DNA of 64,000 nucleotides from an uncultured Acidobacteriota bacterium. GTDB taxonomy: Bacteria; Acidobacteriota; Thermoanaerobaculia; Multivoradales; UBA5704. The translations under genes were made by a program, and so were the position numbers. Below are positions 21,201 to 30,800 of the stretch, piece after piece. The stretch spans positions 1,600,001 to 1,664,000 of the forward strand of contig CAVYRF010000001.1 of assembly GCA_963770895.1 (NCBI GenBank). The letters run 5' to 3'. The number at the start of each line of letters is the position of its first letter. Within the stretch, counting starts at the first letter, position 1. The notes below the pieces were generated by a model. It was not told the origin of the DNA. It searched no databases and was given only the letters and a program-made list of their open reading frames with translations.

Positions 21201-24200
21201 GCGGCGGCGCGGTGTCGGTGAGCATGACCGCCGCGCCGCTCTCGGCCCGCAGCAGCGCCAGGCGCTCCTCCGGCAGCTGCGAGGCGACAGGCACGTAGGC
21301 GCCTCCCGCCTTCAGCACCCCCAGCATGGCGACGATCCGCCGCGGGCCGCGCGGCAGGTGGATCAGCACCCGCGTCTCCGGCCCGACGCCGCGGCGGCGC
21401 AGGTGGTGAGCCAGCTGGTCGGCCTGCCGGTCCAGCTCGCCATAGGTCAGCTGCTGGTCCTCGAACACCACGGCAGGCGCCGCGGGCCGCCGCGCCGCCT
21501 GCAGCTCGACGAGCTGGTGGACCCAAAGCGGTGGAGCGCCGGCGGCAGTCCTGGCGGCGCCTGGCGATCCGGCGGCGGACGGCCACTCGGCGAGCAGGGC
21601 ATGGCGCTCGGGGTGGGTGAGCAGCGGCAGGTCGTCGACGCCGCGGGCGGGGTCCGCTGCCGCCGCGGCGAGCAGCACCTGCAGGTGGCCGGCCAGGCGG
21701 ACGATCGTCGCGGGGTCGAAGCGGTCGGCGGCGAAATCGAGCGTGCCGGACAGGCCGCCGCCGGCCGTGGCGCTGGCGCTCCACAGCAGGTCGAACTTGG
21801 CGTCGCCCACCCCGCCCGCCCACGCCGCGGGCGCCGCGGCGGCCCCGGCGAGGCGCCCCGCCGCTGCCAGGGGCGAGGCCGCCAACCCGTGCAGGTCGAG
21901 CGCCGGCATGGGGAGGTTTTGCAGCACCAGCATGACCTGGAAGAGAGGGTTGCGTCCGGGGTCGCGTGCGGGCTGGAGATCTTCGACCAGCTGTTCGAAG
22001 GGGAGATCCTGGTGGGCGTAGGCGTCCAGGGTGGAGTCGCGCACGCGGTCGAGCAGCTCGGCGAAGCCGCGGTCGTCCAGGTGGGCCGGCAGGGCAAGGG
22101 TGTTGACGAAGCAGCCGATGAGGTCTTCGACGCCCCCCTGGTGGCGGCCGGCGATGGCGGTGCCGACGGCGAAGCGGCTCTGGCCGCTATGGCGCGCCAG
22201 GAGGACTTCGAAGGCGGCGAGCAGGGTCATGAAGAGGGTGGCTCCGCGCTCGCGTGCGAGGTGCAGGAGCTGCCCGGCCAGAGCGTCTGGGAGGGCGAAG
22301 GGGACCTGTGCGGCGCGGGCGAGGGGTGCGGCCTGGCGGGGCCTGTCGGTCGGGAGGTCCAGGGGTTGGACGCCGGCCAGCTGGGCGCGCCAGAAGGCGC
22401 GCTGGCGGTCGATGCGATCGGCGGTCAGCCAGGAGCGCTGCCAGAGGGCGAAGTCGGCGAACTGGAAGGGCAGCTCGGGCAGGGTGGCACCGCGGTAGAG
22501 GGTGGCGAGCTCGCGCACCAGGATGCCGAGCGACCAGCCGTCGGCGACGGCGTGATGCAGGGTCAGCAACAGGACGGCACGGTCGGCGGCGAGGTGGAGC
22601 AGGGTGGCGCGCAGCAGGCCGGCCGACCGCGAAGGCCGGCCGGCACTCGCCTCCTCTCGCGGTCCGCGGGCCAGGTCGAAGGGGCGGCGGGCTTCGTCGG
22701 CGGCGCGGTCGCGGGCGGCGGCCTCGGGATCGCTCTGATCGCTCAGGTCGACCCGCGCGAGCGGCAGCGGCGCGCCGTCCGGGGGTTCGACGATCTGGAC
22801 GGGTTCGCCGTCGCGTTCGCCAAAGCGGGTGCGCAGGATCTCGTGGCGGCGCACGATGGCGGCCAGGCTGGCGGCCAGCGCGGGGGCGTCGAGCCTGCCG
22901 TCCAGGCGCACGGCCAGCGGGATGTTGTAGGCGGCGCTGCGCGGGTCCAGGCGGTGCAGAAACCAGAGCCGGCGTTGGGCGAACGACAGCGGCAGGGGTC
23001 CGGTGCGCGGCGCTGGCAGGATGGGTGGCGGCGGCGGCTCGGCGCCGTCCTTTCGGGCCGCTTCGGCCAGGGTTGCCATGGCGGCGACGGTGGGCTGGTC
23101 GAAGAAGCGGCGCAGGGGGATCTCGACGCCGAGCGCGGTGCGCAGTCGCGCGGCGACGGTCATGGCCAGCAGGGAGTGGCCTCCCAGTTCGAAGAAGCTG
23201 TCGTCGATGCCGACGCGGCGCCGTCCCAGGACGTCGGCCCAGGTGGCGGCGACGATCTCTTCGATGGGGGTCCTGGGCGGCCGGTGCGCGCCGTCGTCGG
23301 TCGCCGGGCCGGTCGTGGCGCCGGGCTCGGGCAGGGCGCGGCGGTCGACCTTGCCGTGGGCGGTCAGCGGCAGCTCGGGCAGCAGGACGTAGCGCGCCGG
23401 GAGCATGTGGTCGGGCAGCGACAGGGCCAGCTGGCGGCGCAGCGCGGCGGCGTCCGGGGCGGGCTCGCCGCTCTCGCCGCACGCATCGTCTGGCGCGTCG
23501 CCGGCGACCAGGTAGGCGACCAGCCGGCCGTCGCGGCCGGCGACGGCGGCGGCGCGGACGCCGGGACAGAGCAGCAGCGCGGCCTCGATCTCTGCCGGCT
23601 CGATGCGGTAGCCGCGGATCTTCAGCTGGTCGTCGCGGCGTCCCAGGAAGTCGAAGCTGCCGTCGGGTCGCAGGCGCGCCAGGTCGCCGGTGCGGTAGAG
23701 GCGGGCGCCGCCGCCGCGGAAGGGGTGCGGCACAAAGGCTTCGGCGGTGCGTTCGGGGCGGTCCAGATAGCCGCGGGCCAGGCCGCCGCCGCCGATGTAA
23801 AGCTCGCCCGGAGAGCCGAGCGGCACGGGTTCCATCTCGGCGTCCAGGACGTACAGCTCGGCGTTGGCGATGGGCCGGCCGATGGGGATGGGATCGCGGC
23901 GGTCGGCGAGCTCGTGGAAGGCGCAGCCGACGACGGTCTCGGTGGGCCCGTACTCGTTGATGAGGCGTCGTCCGGGCGCGGCCGGCAGCCAGGCGACGGC
24001 GGCGGCGGGCAGCGCTTCGCCGCCGATGACCAGGACGCGGTCGTCCAGCTGGCGGGGTTCGAGCAGGCGGCTCAGGGCGAGCAGGTGGGCGGGCGTGATC
24101 TTGACCAGCGGCGGTCCGCCGGGCTCGCGCAGCGCGGCGGCGAGCGGCTCGACGCCGTCGTCGACCAGGGTGATCGAGCGGCCGCAGACGAGCGGCGTCC

Positions 24201-26232
24201 ACAGGCTGGTGACGGTGAGGTCGAAGCCGAGCGGCGAATGCACCAGAGCGTCGAGCGGGCCGTAGGTTTCGCGGCAGAAGCACAGGTAGTTGACGACCGC
24301 GGCGTGGGTGACGGCGACGCCCTTGGGCAGCCCGGTCGACCCGGACGTGTAGAGGACGTAGGCGAGCTGGTCGCGGTCCACGGCCGGCGGCTGGTGCGGT
24401 GGATGCGTCGGGTCCAGGTCAAGCAGGGGTCGGTCGAGCCGGACGGTCGGCAGGTCCAGGTCGGCATCGCCGTCGGTGAGCAGGCAGGCGACGCCGGCGT
24501 CGCGCGCCATCCACTCGCGTCGCCGGCGCGGCAGGTTGGCGTCGAGGGGCACGTAGGCGCCGCCGGCCTGGAGCACGGCGAGGAGCGCGGCGACCATGTC
24601 GGGGGAGCGGCGCAGGGCGACGCCGACGCGCGTTTCCGGGCCGACGCCGCGGCGGGCGAGCACGCGGGCGAGGCTTCCGGCGCGGTCGGCCAGCTGGCGG
24701 TAGCTCCACCGCCGGCCGCCGTGGCGCACGGCGGCCGCCTCGGGGTGGCGCTCCGCCGCGGCGGCGAACAGACCGTGGACCGTGGCCTCCGGCTGCCGCC
24801 GGCGGCGCTCCCCGCGGGCCCGCTGCAGCAGCTCCTGCCGCTCGGCCGCCGACAGCAGCGGCGCGCCGCCGAGCGGCAGCGCCGGCTGCGCGACGACCGC
24901 TGCCAGAAAGTGGATGAAATGGCCGCACAGGCGGCTCATCGTCGCCGGCTCGAAGAGCGCCCGGGCATACTGCCAGGAGCCCGCCAGCAGCTCGCCGGCC
25001 TGCGCCATGGTGACGGCGATCTCGAACTGCGAGCCGCGCTCGCCGATCCCGAGCACCTCGGCCGGCATGTCGCCCAGCCGTGCGCGCGCGCCGTCGCGGC
25101 CCAGGGCGACGCCCGCCACGTCACCGCCGGCGAGCGGCACGTTCTGGAAGCCGAACGACGCCTGCACCAGCGGGAAGCGAGCGGCATCGCGTTCCGGCGC
25201 CAGGTCGCGCACCAGCAGCGCGAACGGGTAGTCCTGGTGCGCCAGCGCCTCGCGCACCGCGGCGTGGGTCTGCTCCAGCAGCTCGGCGAACGACATGCCG
25301 CCGGCGAGCCGCGCCCGCAGCACCACGGTGTTGGCGAAGCACCCCACCACCCGCCGCCACTGCCGCCGGCCGCGCGCCGCGAAGGGCGAGCCCACCAGCA
25401 GATCGCGGGCGCCGGTCGCGCGCAGCAGCAGGCCCTGGAAGGCGGCGAGCAGCACGACGTAGGGGGTCGTGCCGGCGTTGCCTGCCGCCGCCAGGACCGC
25501 GCCGCTCAACGCCGCGCCGAGGTCGAAGGCGAAGGAGGCGCCGCGGAAATCCTGTGCCGCTCCCTGGCCGCTGTCGTGGGGCAGGCCCAAAACGGTGGGG
25601 GCTCCCGCCAGTCGGCGCTGCCAGTGATCGCGCTCCGCGGCGCCGTCCGGCCCGGCGAAGCGGGCTCGCTCCCAGGCGGCGAAGTCGAGGTACTCCGCGT
25701 CCGCGGGTCGCGGCTCGCGGCCTGCCAGCAGCAGATCCAGGTCGCGGTACAGCAGGGCGAGCGACCAGAGGTCGGCCACGATGTGGTGGACGGCGAACAG
25801 CAGCACGGCTTCGCCGCCCTGGCGCAGGAAAAGGCGCACCCGCAGCGGCGGCGCGGTGCCGAGGCGAAACGGTCGGTAGCCGGCCTCGACCAGCTCGCGG
25901 CGCAGGCGCTCGTCGTCCCATGCGGCCGCGTCGATGGCGGCAAAGTCGAGCCAGGCCCCGTCGGGTGGATCGGTCGGATCGGACGGCGCTGGCGGGGCGA
26001 CGGGTGCGAGCGGGCGCTGGCGGGGCCGGCCGTCGCGGATCTCGAAGACCGTGCGCAGCGCGGCGTGGCGCTCGACCAGGCGGCGGCAGGCCGCTTCCAG
26101 GGCCGCCCGCGCGGCGGCGCCGCGCGGCAGGCGCAGGGCGCGCACGATGTGGAAGGCGGGGTTGCCGCCGGCAAGCTCTTCGAGCAGCCACATCGCCTCC
26201 TGGCCGTAGGACAGGTCTCCGTGGAGGGTCAT
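15241..26232 (-). CDS. NRPS: C-A(Asn)-T-C-A(unassigned, Leu-like)-T-C-A(Tyr)-T-C
   Basis: ATG at 26232 (ATGA overlap with the GT stop). C motifs HHIVADLWS, HHAVADGWS and HHVVADGWS x2. Three LGGHSL T domains. Codes read as DLTKVGEVGK, DAWFGGLVVK and DASTVAAVCK. Confidence 0.93.
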   Translation of the reverse strand: MTLHGDLSYGQEAMWLLEELAGGNPAFHIVRALRLPRGAAARAALEAACRRLVERHAALRTVFEIRDGRPRQRPLAPVAPPAPSDPTDPPDGAWLDFAAIDAAAWDDERLRRELVEAGYRPFRLGTAPPLRVRLFLRQGGEAVLLFAVHHIVADLWSLALLYRDLDLLLAGREPRPADAEYLDFAAWERARFAGPDGAAERDHWQRRLAGAPTVLGLPHDSGQGAAQDFRGASFAFDLGAALSGAVLAAAGNAGTTPYVVLLAAFQGLLLRATGARDLLVGSPFAARGRRQWRRVVGCFANTVVLRARLAGGMSFAELLEQTHAAVREALAHQDYPFALLVRDLAPERDAARFPLVQASFGFQNVPLAGGDVAGVALGRDGARARLGDMPAEVLGIGERGSQFEIAVTMAQAGELLAGSWQYARALFEPATMSRLCGHFIHFLAAVVAQPALPLGGAPLLSAAERQELLQRARGERRRRQPEATVHGLFAAAAERHPEAAAVRHGGRRWSYRQLADRAGSLARVLARRGVGPETRVGVALRRSPDMVAALLAVLQAGGAYVPLDANLPRRRREWMARDAGVACLLTDGDADLDLPTVRLDRPLLDLDPTHPPHQPPAVDRDQLAYVLYTSGSTGLPKGVAVTHAAVVNYLCFCRETYGPLDALVHSPLGFDLTVTSLWTPLVCGRSITLVDDGVEPLAAALREPGGPPLVKITPAHLLALSRLLEPRQLDDRVLVIGGEALPAAAVAWLPAAPGRRLINEYGPTETVVGCAFHELADRRDPIPIGRPIANAELYVLDAEMEPVPLGSPGELYIGGGGLARGYLDRPERTAEAFVPHPFRGGGARLYRTGDLARLRPDGSFDFLGRRDDQLKIRGYRIEPAEIEAALLLCPGVRAAAVAGRDGRLVAYLVAGDAPDDACGESGEPAPDAAALRRQLALSLPDHMLPARYVLLPELPLTAHGKVDRRALPEPGATTGPATDDGAHRPPRTPIEEIVAATWADVLGRRRVGIDDSFFELGGHSLLAMTVAARLRTALGVEIPLRRFFDQPTVAAMATLAEAARKDGAEPPPPPILPAPRTGPLPLSFAQRRLWFLHRLDPRSAAYNIPLAVRLDGRLDAPALAASLAAIVRRHEILRTRFGERDGEPVQIVEPPDGAPLPLARVDLSDQSDPEAAARDRAADEARRPFDLARGPREEASAGRPSRSAGLLRATLLHLAADRAVLLLTLHHAVADGWSLGILVRELATLYRGATLPELPFQFADFALWQRSWLTADRIDRQRAFWRAQLAGVQPLDLPTDRPRQAAPLARAAQVPFALPDALAGQLLHLARERGATLFMTLLAAFEVLLARHSGQSRFAVGTAIAGRHQGGVEDLIGCFVNTLALPAHLDDRGFAELLDRVRDSTLDAYAHQDLPFEQLVEDLQPARDPGRNPLFQVMLVLQNLPMPALDLHGLAASPLAAAGRLAGAAAAPAAWAGGVGDAKFDLLWSASATAGGGLSGTLDFAADRFDPATIVRLAGHLQVLLAAAAADPARGVDDLPLLTHPERHALLAEWPSAAGSPGAARTAAGAPPLWVHQLVELQAARRPAAPAVVFEDQQLTYGELDRQADQLAHHLRRRGVGPETRVLIHLPRGPRRIVAMLGVLKAGGAYVPVASQLPEERLALLRAESGAAVMLTDTAPPLAARREPSAVPAPVAGEAPPAPESLAYVIYTSGSTGAPKGVGVTHAGLHNLVAWHLAAYPLAPGERTSQFASFGFDASAWEIWPALCAGAALWIVPEEARRAPAELADWLARHRIDVAFAPTPVAELLFGLPWSAGAPHLRRLGVGGDRLSHVPARQLPFELVNLYGPTEVTVVSVQARLTPADAGRPVPIGRPIAAIEAHVLDRRLAPVPAGVAGELYLGGIGLARGYLGRPDLTAERFLPHPFGARPGARLYRSGDLARRRPDGTLECLGRTDEQIKVRGFRVEPAEIEAALARHPQVRAAAAAVRAGRLIAWVAAADGERDAAHPGRGPLATDLLGHLARLLPEHMIPAAFVVLPALPLTARGKVDRRALPDPPPAAAAARSTPLTPHEEIVAAIWAAALGVPRVDAGDDFFALGGHSLLAMQVLSRLRAALGVDVPVGDLFAHPTLAAFAARLRSAEQRPALPPIQPAGRDRPLPLSFAQRRLWFLQQLAPHSPAYNLPLGLRLRGALDTAALARALATIVRRHEVLRTSFPALDGEPAQRIAPASARPLPMVDLAGLAAPLAVAGAWAEEEARRPFDLARGPLLRALLLRLDGDDWMLLLTVHHVVADGWSAGLLVRELATLYRGLPLPELPFQYADFAVWQRRWLTAETLARQLAWWRVQLTGLPQLALPTDRPRPAVQSFRGQQLPFLLPRASTAALRRTSRQEGVTLFMALFAGVANLLARLAAQPRLAVGTAIANRHYDGVENLIGFFVNTLALPADLGGAPSFRELLARVRDTTLAAYAHQDLPFEQLVHELRPERSLARHPLFQVMLVLQNAPAQDLDLPGLRLTEQTAENRFAKFDLALVLRETGDDLAGTVDFASDLYDRATIGRLLGHFQTLLLAATADPGCGVLDLPLMTDAERFAVLALGDGPRVERAAPHCVHQLFERQAALRPHAPAVVWRDQPLSYRQLNRRANQLAHHLRQLGVGAETRVAICLERTPQLVTAMLAVLKAGGAYVPLDPAHPRPRLARALHDSGAALLLTQESLRATFPAPPVPVVALDGLGRRAAAQPSADLPPAAAPDNLAYVIYTSGSTGTPKGVAVTHRSVCNLALAQIAAFTVTPDSAVLLFASPAFDAAVSEWTTALACGARLILAPPEALGAGAALYDLLAGAAVQTATLVPSVLHLLPAPPAPEAIPLPRLATLVVAGERCPPALADRWARGRRMLNAYGPTETTVCATISRPLAAGEPPPIGGPIANVRVHVLDERWAPLPVGVYGELFIAGAGVARGYLDQPAATAERFLPEPFGDQPGSRMYRTGDRARWTARHELELAGRLDGQVKVRGHRIEPAEIEAAIEQHPAVRQAVVAAAGDGDGERLVAWVRLVAAGEPPADPAAPGMAERLRRHVAQLLPDAMVPAAFVFLPHLPLTAAGKVDRRALPEPAPASPAAAALAAPRSPVEEILAGVWAEVLRLPRVGVDDDFFALGGHSLLAAQAVARLRGALGLELPLRLLFEHPTVADLAAQVELARQSPRAAAPPIERAPRDRPLPLSLSQQRLWFVDQLQPGSPFYNMPIALRMRGALDVAALRLSLRHLALRHEVLRTRFPVLDGLPSQEIAPQPAIPVAVVDLAGLGERARRRETAHRAAQEAALPFDLARGPLWRATLLRLDGAEHTCLLTMHHVVADGWSIGVLVREVTHLYERARGGAPPRLPELPIQYADFAAWQRQWLQGEELRRQTAYWQRRLAGAPAALDLPLDRPRPPVQTHRGARHAAALPAELAAALAALSRGAGVTLFMTLLAALLAFLFALTGQQDLVIGTDVANRNRTEIEGLIGFFVNVLVLRTDLSGNPTFRELLRRVRETTLDAYDHQDVSFDQLVSALRPRRDPARTPLFDLLFVLQNAERPALALADLAVEVEDAAQETSRFDLALFPHEDDQRRLHQTWVFNPDLFVPATVRRFAAAYAAVIERAVASPEIRLDRLACAFSAAESFPHATERFA
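24225..24832. repeat. Near-identical copy of A-domain DNA at 1-608
   Basis: Same alignment as the 1-608 repeat. The similarity may continue beyond the left window edge. Confidence 0.9.
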
Positions 26233-27845
26233 CCGACCCGCTCCAGATAGCCCTGCTTGAGGGCCCAGGCCGCGGCGTCCAGCGCTCCCGGACGGTTCCG
26301 CTCCGCCACCAGGTCGCCCAGCGACGCCGCGCCGCCGGCGCAGCGGGCGACCAGCCAGAGGACGTCGTCGCGGTCGATGCCTGCCGGCGGGCGCAGATCG
26401 GTCGAGCGGAGCGGGCCGGCGGCGCGGCGGGAGCAGTGCACCCGCACCTCCGGCCCCAGCGCGGCGCTGGCGAAGTGCCCGAACAGAGCGTTGTAATCGA
26501 ACGGCGCGGCGCCGCGGCCGGAGCTGGCGCGGTGGTCCGTGCGCTGCCACTGCTCACGCCACAGCTCGCTCCACTGCGCCATCACCGGCCGCCACCCGAA
26601 GACCTCGACGGCGCGCCGCCGGCCGTTCTCGCCGAAGGCGCGGCGCAGGCTGGCGTCCGCCGCCAGGGCGTCGAGCGCGCGGTAGAGCTCGCAGGGATCG
26701 ACCGGCGTGCGCTGCGCGAGGAAGTGCCGGCTCACGCTGTAATCGCACAGCGGCGCCACCGGCGAGATCGCCGCGGCCGCCGCCGCGTTCCAGGCGGTGG
26801 CGACCTTGAAACCGGTTTCGCCGTGGACGACGGTGTCTTTGTAGCCGCTCCAGTCCGCGGCCACGACCGGCAGGCCGCACGCCATCGCTTCGATCACCGA
26901 CAGCCCGAAGGTCTCCTGGAGGTTGTCCACCGGCGAGACGAAGACGTCGCAGGCCGAGTAGATGAGCGGCTTGACGAAGTGCGGGAAGTTGGTGATCACC
27001 GTCAGCCGCTCGGCGATACCGAGCCGCCCGGCCAGCGCCCGCACCTCGCCGCCGTACTGGTCGGCGACGTCCTGGCCGGCGAGCACCAGCGAACAGTCGG
27101 CGCGCGCCGCGAACAGGTCGTGGCACACCGTCAGCAGCGGCGCCAGGTCCGCCTTCTGCTGGCCGTCGAGGCGGCCGAGGTAGAGGATCAGCGTCCCCGT
27201 CGCGGGCAGCCCCAGGGCCTGGCGCGCGGTGGCCCGGTCGTAGGGCGTCAGAAAGTCGGTGTCCACCCCCAGCGGGATCTGGACGATGCGAGGCGGCGCC
27301 GGCGCGCGGGCGCCCATGCGCTCCGCGAGGAAGCTGGCTGCCGCCGCCAGCAGCGCCTCGACCGCCCGGCGCCCGGCGTCGCTCGTCGCCACGATGGCGT
27401 CCTGCTCCGCCGCGAACAGCAGCGCTCCCACGTAGGCCAGGCTCATCGCAGGGCCATCGATCGAATGCAGCAGCGCGCAGATCGGAAAGCTGGCGCCGGC
27501 CAGGGCGCGCCGCACCTGTCCCAGCGGCTGGAAGTCCACGCCCGGCACCACGAAGGCATAGCGGTGGGTGCGCGCCAGCTCCGGCAGCTCGAGCGCGGTC
27601 TTGACCTGCACCCGGGAGGCGCCGACCTCGCGCCGCAGCTCCGCGAGGGCCGGCTCCTGGCTACGCCGCGCCGCGTCGGGATAGGTATCCAGGAACAGGT
27701 GCGCCGCGTCCACGGCGGCGGTGTCGAGCGCGGCGCGCACCAGGTCCTGGTGCACCACGCCGGCGCCGAACTGGTCGGCGATGCCGAAGGCATAGCGGCG
27801 GCGCCCGTACTGCACGGCCTGGGCGAAGGTGATCGGCAGGCTCAA
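26229..27845 (-). CDS. Glycosyltransferase family 4 (GT-B) protein
   Basis: TTG start overlaps the PKS stop (TTGA). Motifs IPLGVD, ILYLGRL and DVFVSPVDNLQETFGLSVIEAMACGLPVVAADWSG (E-x7-E). The longer track ORF reaching 29888 is a shadow extension. Confidence 0.88.
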   Translation of the reverse strand: MSLPITFAQAVQYGRRRYAFGIADQFGAGVVHQDLVRAALDTAAVDAAHLFLDTYPDAARRSQEPALAELRREVGASRVQVKTALELPELARTHRYAFVVPGVDFQPLGQVRRALAGASFPICALLHSIDGPAMSLAYVGALLFAAEQDAIVATSDAGRRAVEALLAAAASFLAERMGARAPAPPRIVQIPLGVDTDFLTPYDRATARQALGLPATGTLILYLGRLDGQQKADLAPLLTVCHDLFAARADCSLVLAGQDVADQYGGEVRALAGRLGIAERLTVITNFPHFVKPLIYSACDVFVSPVDNLQETFGLSVIEAMACGLPVVAADWSGYKDTVVHGETGFKVATAWNAAAAAAISPVAPLCDYSVSRHFLAQRTPVDPCELYRALDALAADASLRRAFGENGRRRAVEVFGWRPVMAQWSELWREQWQRTDHRASSGRGAAPFDYNALFGHFASAALGPEVRVHCSRRAAGPLRSTDLRPPAGIDRDDVLWLVARCAGGAASLGDLVAERNRPGALDAAAWALKQGYLERVG

Positions 27846-30800
27846 CGCCGCGCTCCTTCCCACGCCAGCTCGTCCGCGGCCGGCGCCGCCACGACACCGT
27901 GGAGCAGGCGGGCGGCGCGCACGGCGTCGCGCAGCCGCGCGGCGAGATCGGCGACGTGCGGCGGCGACATCATGGTCTGGTGGCCGCCGGCAACGATCTG
28001 GGTTTCCAGGCCGCCCGCCGCGCGCTCGATCCAGTAGCGCTCGGGAAAGCTCCCTGCGGGCTGCTCGCGGGCGCGAAAATAGATCGCCCGACCCGGCCAG
28101 GGACGGGGCTCGTAGCGCAGCATCGCGGTGTAGTTGCTGCGCCAGATGTCGATGCGCAGGCGCATGCCCGCCAGGTCCGTCTCCGCCAGCGGCTTGCCGG
28201 CGAGCGCCAGCAGCCGCGTGACGTGCTCGATCTGCTCGTCGGTCGCCAGGGCGGCCAGCGTCGCGCGGTCGAGCGCGATCTGCTGGCCGAACAGCTCGAT
28301 CAGGACGTCGGCCGACGAGGTGACGGGAGCGAGCGGCAGGTCCGCTCCCGGCGTATCGATCAGCGCCAGCAGGGCGACCTGGGCGTTCGCGGCCGCCAGC
28401 TGCGCGGCGATCTCCCAGGCGAGCGTGCCGCCGAACGACGCGCCCGCCAGCAGGTACGGTCCGCGCGGCTGCACGCTGCGGATGGCGCGCACGAACCGTT
28501 CCGCCATCGCTTCGACGGTGGTGAGCAGGGCGGAGCGGCCGTCGAAGCCGGCGGGCTGGAGGCCGAAGATGGCATGGCCGTCGCGCAGCCCCTGGGCGAG
28601 CGGCGCGTAGCGGAAGACGCTGCCGCCGACGGCGTGGGGCAGGAAGAGCGGGGCGTGCCGGTCGCCCGGCTCGATCTCCACCACCAGGCCGTCGCGGCCG
28701 GACGCCGCGCCACCGGCTCCCGCGGCGCGCGGTCCCAGGTGCGCGTCGACCACTGCCGCCAGACCGCTGAGCGTCCGCGCTTCGAGCACGGCGTGCAGCG
28801 AAAGATCCAGGCCGTACGTCTGATTCAGCCGCGCGGTCAGCTGCAAGGCGAGCAGCGAATCGCCGCCCAGCGCCAGAAAAGAGTCGGACGGCCGCACCGC
28901 CCGCACGCCGAGCATCGCCCGCCACAGCGCGGCGACGTCGCTCTGCACGGCCGTCCCGCCATCGCCGCTCTCGGTGCCGTCGGCGCCGCCGCCGGCGGCG
29001 GCCGGGGCGGGTCTGGCGTGGGGACCGGCCGCCGGGGTGTCGGCCTGGGCGGCCCAATAGCGGCAGTGGTCCCAGGCGTAGGTGGGAGCGGGAACCCGCC
29101 GCGGCTCGGTGCCGGCGTGGAGCGCCTGCCAGCGCACGCCGGCGCCGGCCTCCCAGAGCCGACCGACCGCCTGCAGCAGGTGGGCCCGTCGCGGCAGCTC
29201 CTCCCCGGCGGCGGGCAGCGCCGCGACCACGATCGCGCTCGCACGCCCGGCCGCGGCCGCGGCGTGGCGGGCAAACGGGCTCACCACCTGCGCCGGACCG
29301 GCTTCGAGCAGCAGCGGGTCGGGCAGCTCGAGGAGGCGCGCCAGGCCGTCGGCAAAGCGCACCGTCTCGCGCAGGTGGCGCACCCAGTAGCCCGGATCGC
29401 ATGCCTCGTGGGTGGTGATCCAGGTGCCGCTGACGTTCGAGACGTAGGGGATGCGTGGCGGCTGCAGCCGCACCCGTGCCACCACCGTCGCGAACGGCGC
29501 CAGGATCGCATCCATGGCGGGGGAGTGATAGGCGCGCGCCACCTTCACCCGCCGGGCGCCGATGCCGCGCTCGGCCAGCCGGCCCTCGAGCTCCGCCATC
29601 GCATCGGCGTCGCTGCCCGCGACCACGCAGTGGTCGGCGGTGTTGAGGATCGCCACCCAGGTTTGCCGGGGCAGGAGCGGCCGCACCGCCGCCTCGCCGG
29701 CCTGGATGCTGAGCATGCTGCCGGCAGGGGTCTGGTCCATCAGCCGCGCCCGCTCGGCCACCAGCAGCAGCGCGTCCGGCAGCGACAGGACGCCGGCCAG
29801 GCACGCGGCGGTGTACTCGCCGAGGCTGTGGCCGAGCATCGCCTGCGGCGTCAGACCCCAAGCCATGAACGTGCGCGCCAGCGCCCACTCGACCGCGAAC
29901 ACCGCCGGCTGGCCGAGCCAGCCCTCGTAGATCCGCTCCGGCGGCACCTCCTGCCGCGCCAGCAGCAGCCGGCGCAGGTCGAGGCCGAGGAGCGGCTGGA
30001 GGATGGAGCAGCAGTCGTCGAGCGCGGCGCGGAAGGGCGGCTCGGCGTCGTAGAGCTCTGCGGCCATGCCGGGGCGCTGGCAGCCGAGTCCGGGGAACAG
30101 AAAGCAGAGGCTCGGCCGTTCGCCGGCCCTGGGGGGCGCCGCCGTCGCTGTGGCCGCCATCGCCCCTGTCGCCGCCGTTGCCGTGAGCGGCGCCGCCGCG
30201 GCCAGCTCGCCTGCCGCCTCCTCGGCGCTCGCGGCGACCACCGTCAAGCGGCAGGGGAGCTCACGCCGCCCCGTCTGCAGGGTGAAAGCGAGGTCGCCCA
30301 GGTCGCCATCCGGGCGCTCGCCAAGGTGGGCGGCCAGGCGGCGCGCGCCGCGGCCGAGAGCGCTTGGAGTCTTGGCGGAGAGGGTGAGCAGATGGGGCGG
30401 CGAAAGCGGCCGCCGCGCCGGCGGACGCGGCGCCTCTTCGAGCAGCAGGTGGACGTTGGTGCCGCCGAGGCCGAAGGAGCTGACCCCCGCCCGCCGCGGC
30501 GCCGCCGCGGAGCGCCAGCCGCGCAGCTCGGTATTGACGTAAAACGGGCTGGCGGCAAAGTCGATGTGGGGATTGGGCCGCTCGTAATGCAGGCTGGGGA
30601 CGAGCTGGCCTTCGCGCACCATGAGCACGGCCTTGATGAGCCCGGCGATGCCCGCCGCACTGTCCAGGTGGCCGATGTTGGTCTTGACCGAACCCAGCGC
30701 GCAGAAGCCCACCGCGTCGGTCGAGCGGCGATAGGCCTGCGTCAGGGCGCGGACCTCGATCGGATCGCCCAGGGCGGTGCCGGTGCCGTGCGCCTCGACG

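Noticed and set aside
14911-26250. 3779-aa plus-strand ORF and other long antisense ORFs (14-1999, 1860-7688, 8470-11403, 27899-31720, 43913-47530)
   Set aside because: Shadow ORFs opposite GC-rich genes. They have no motifs or RBS and are expected when stop codons are rare.
27846-29888. Long N-terminal extension of the glycosyltransferase ORF
   Set aside because: It overlaps the PKS in another frame and is Arg/Gly-rich nonsense. The TTGA overlap at 27842-27845 is the plausible start.
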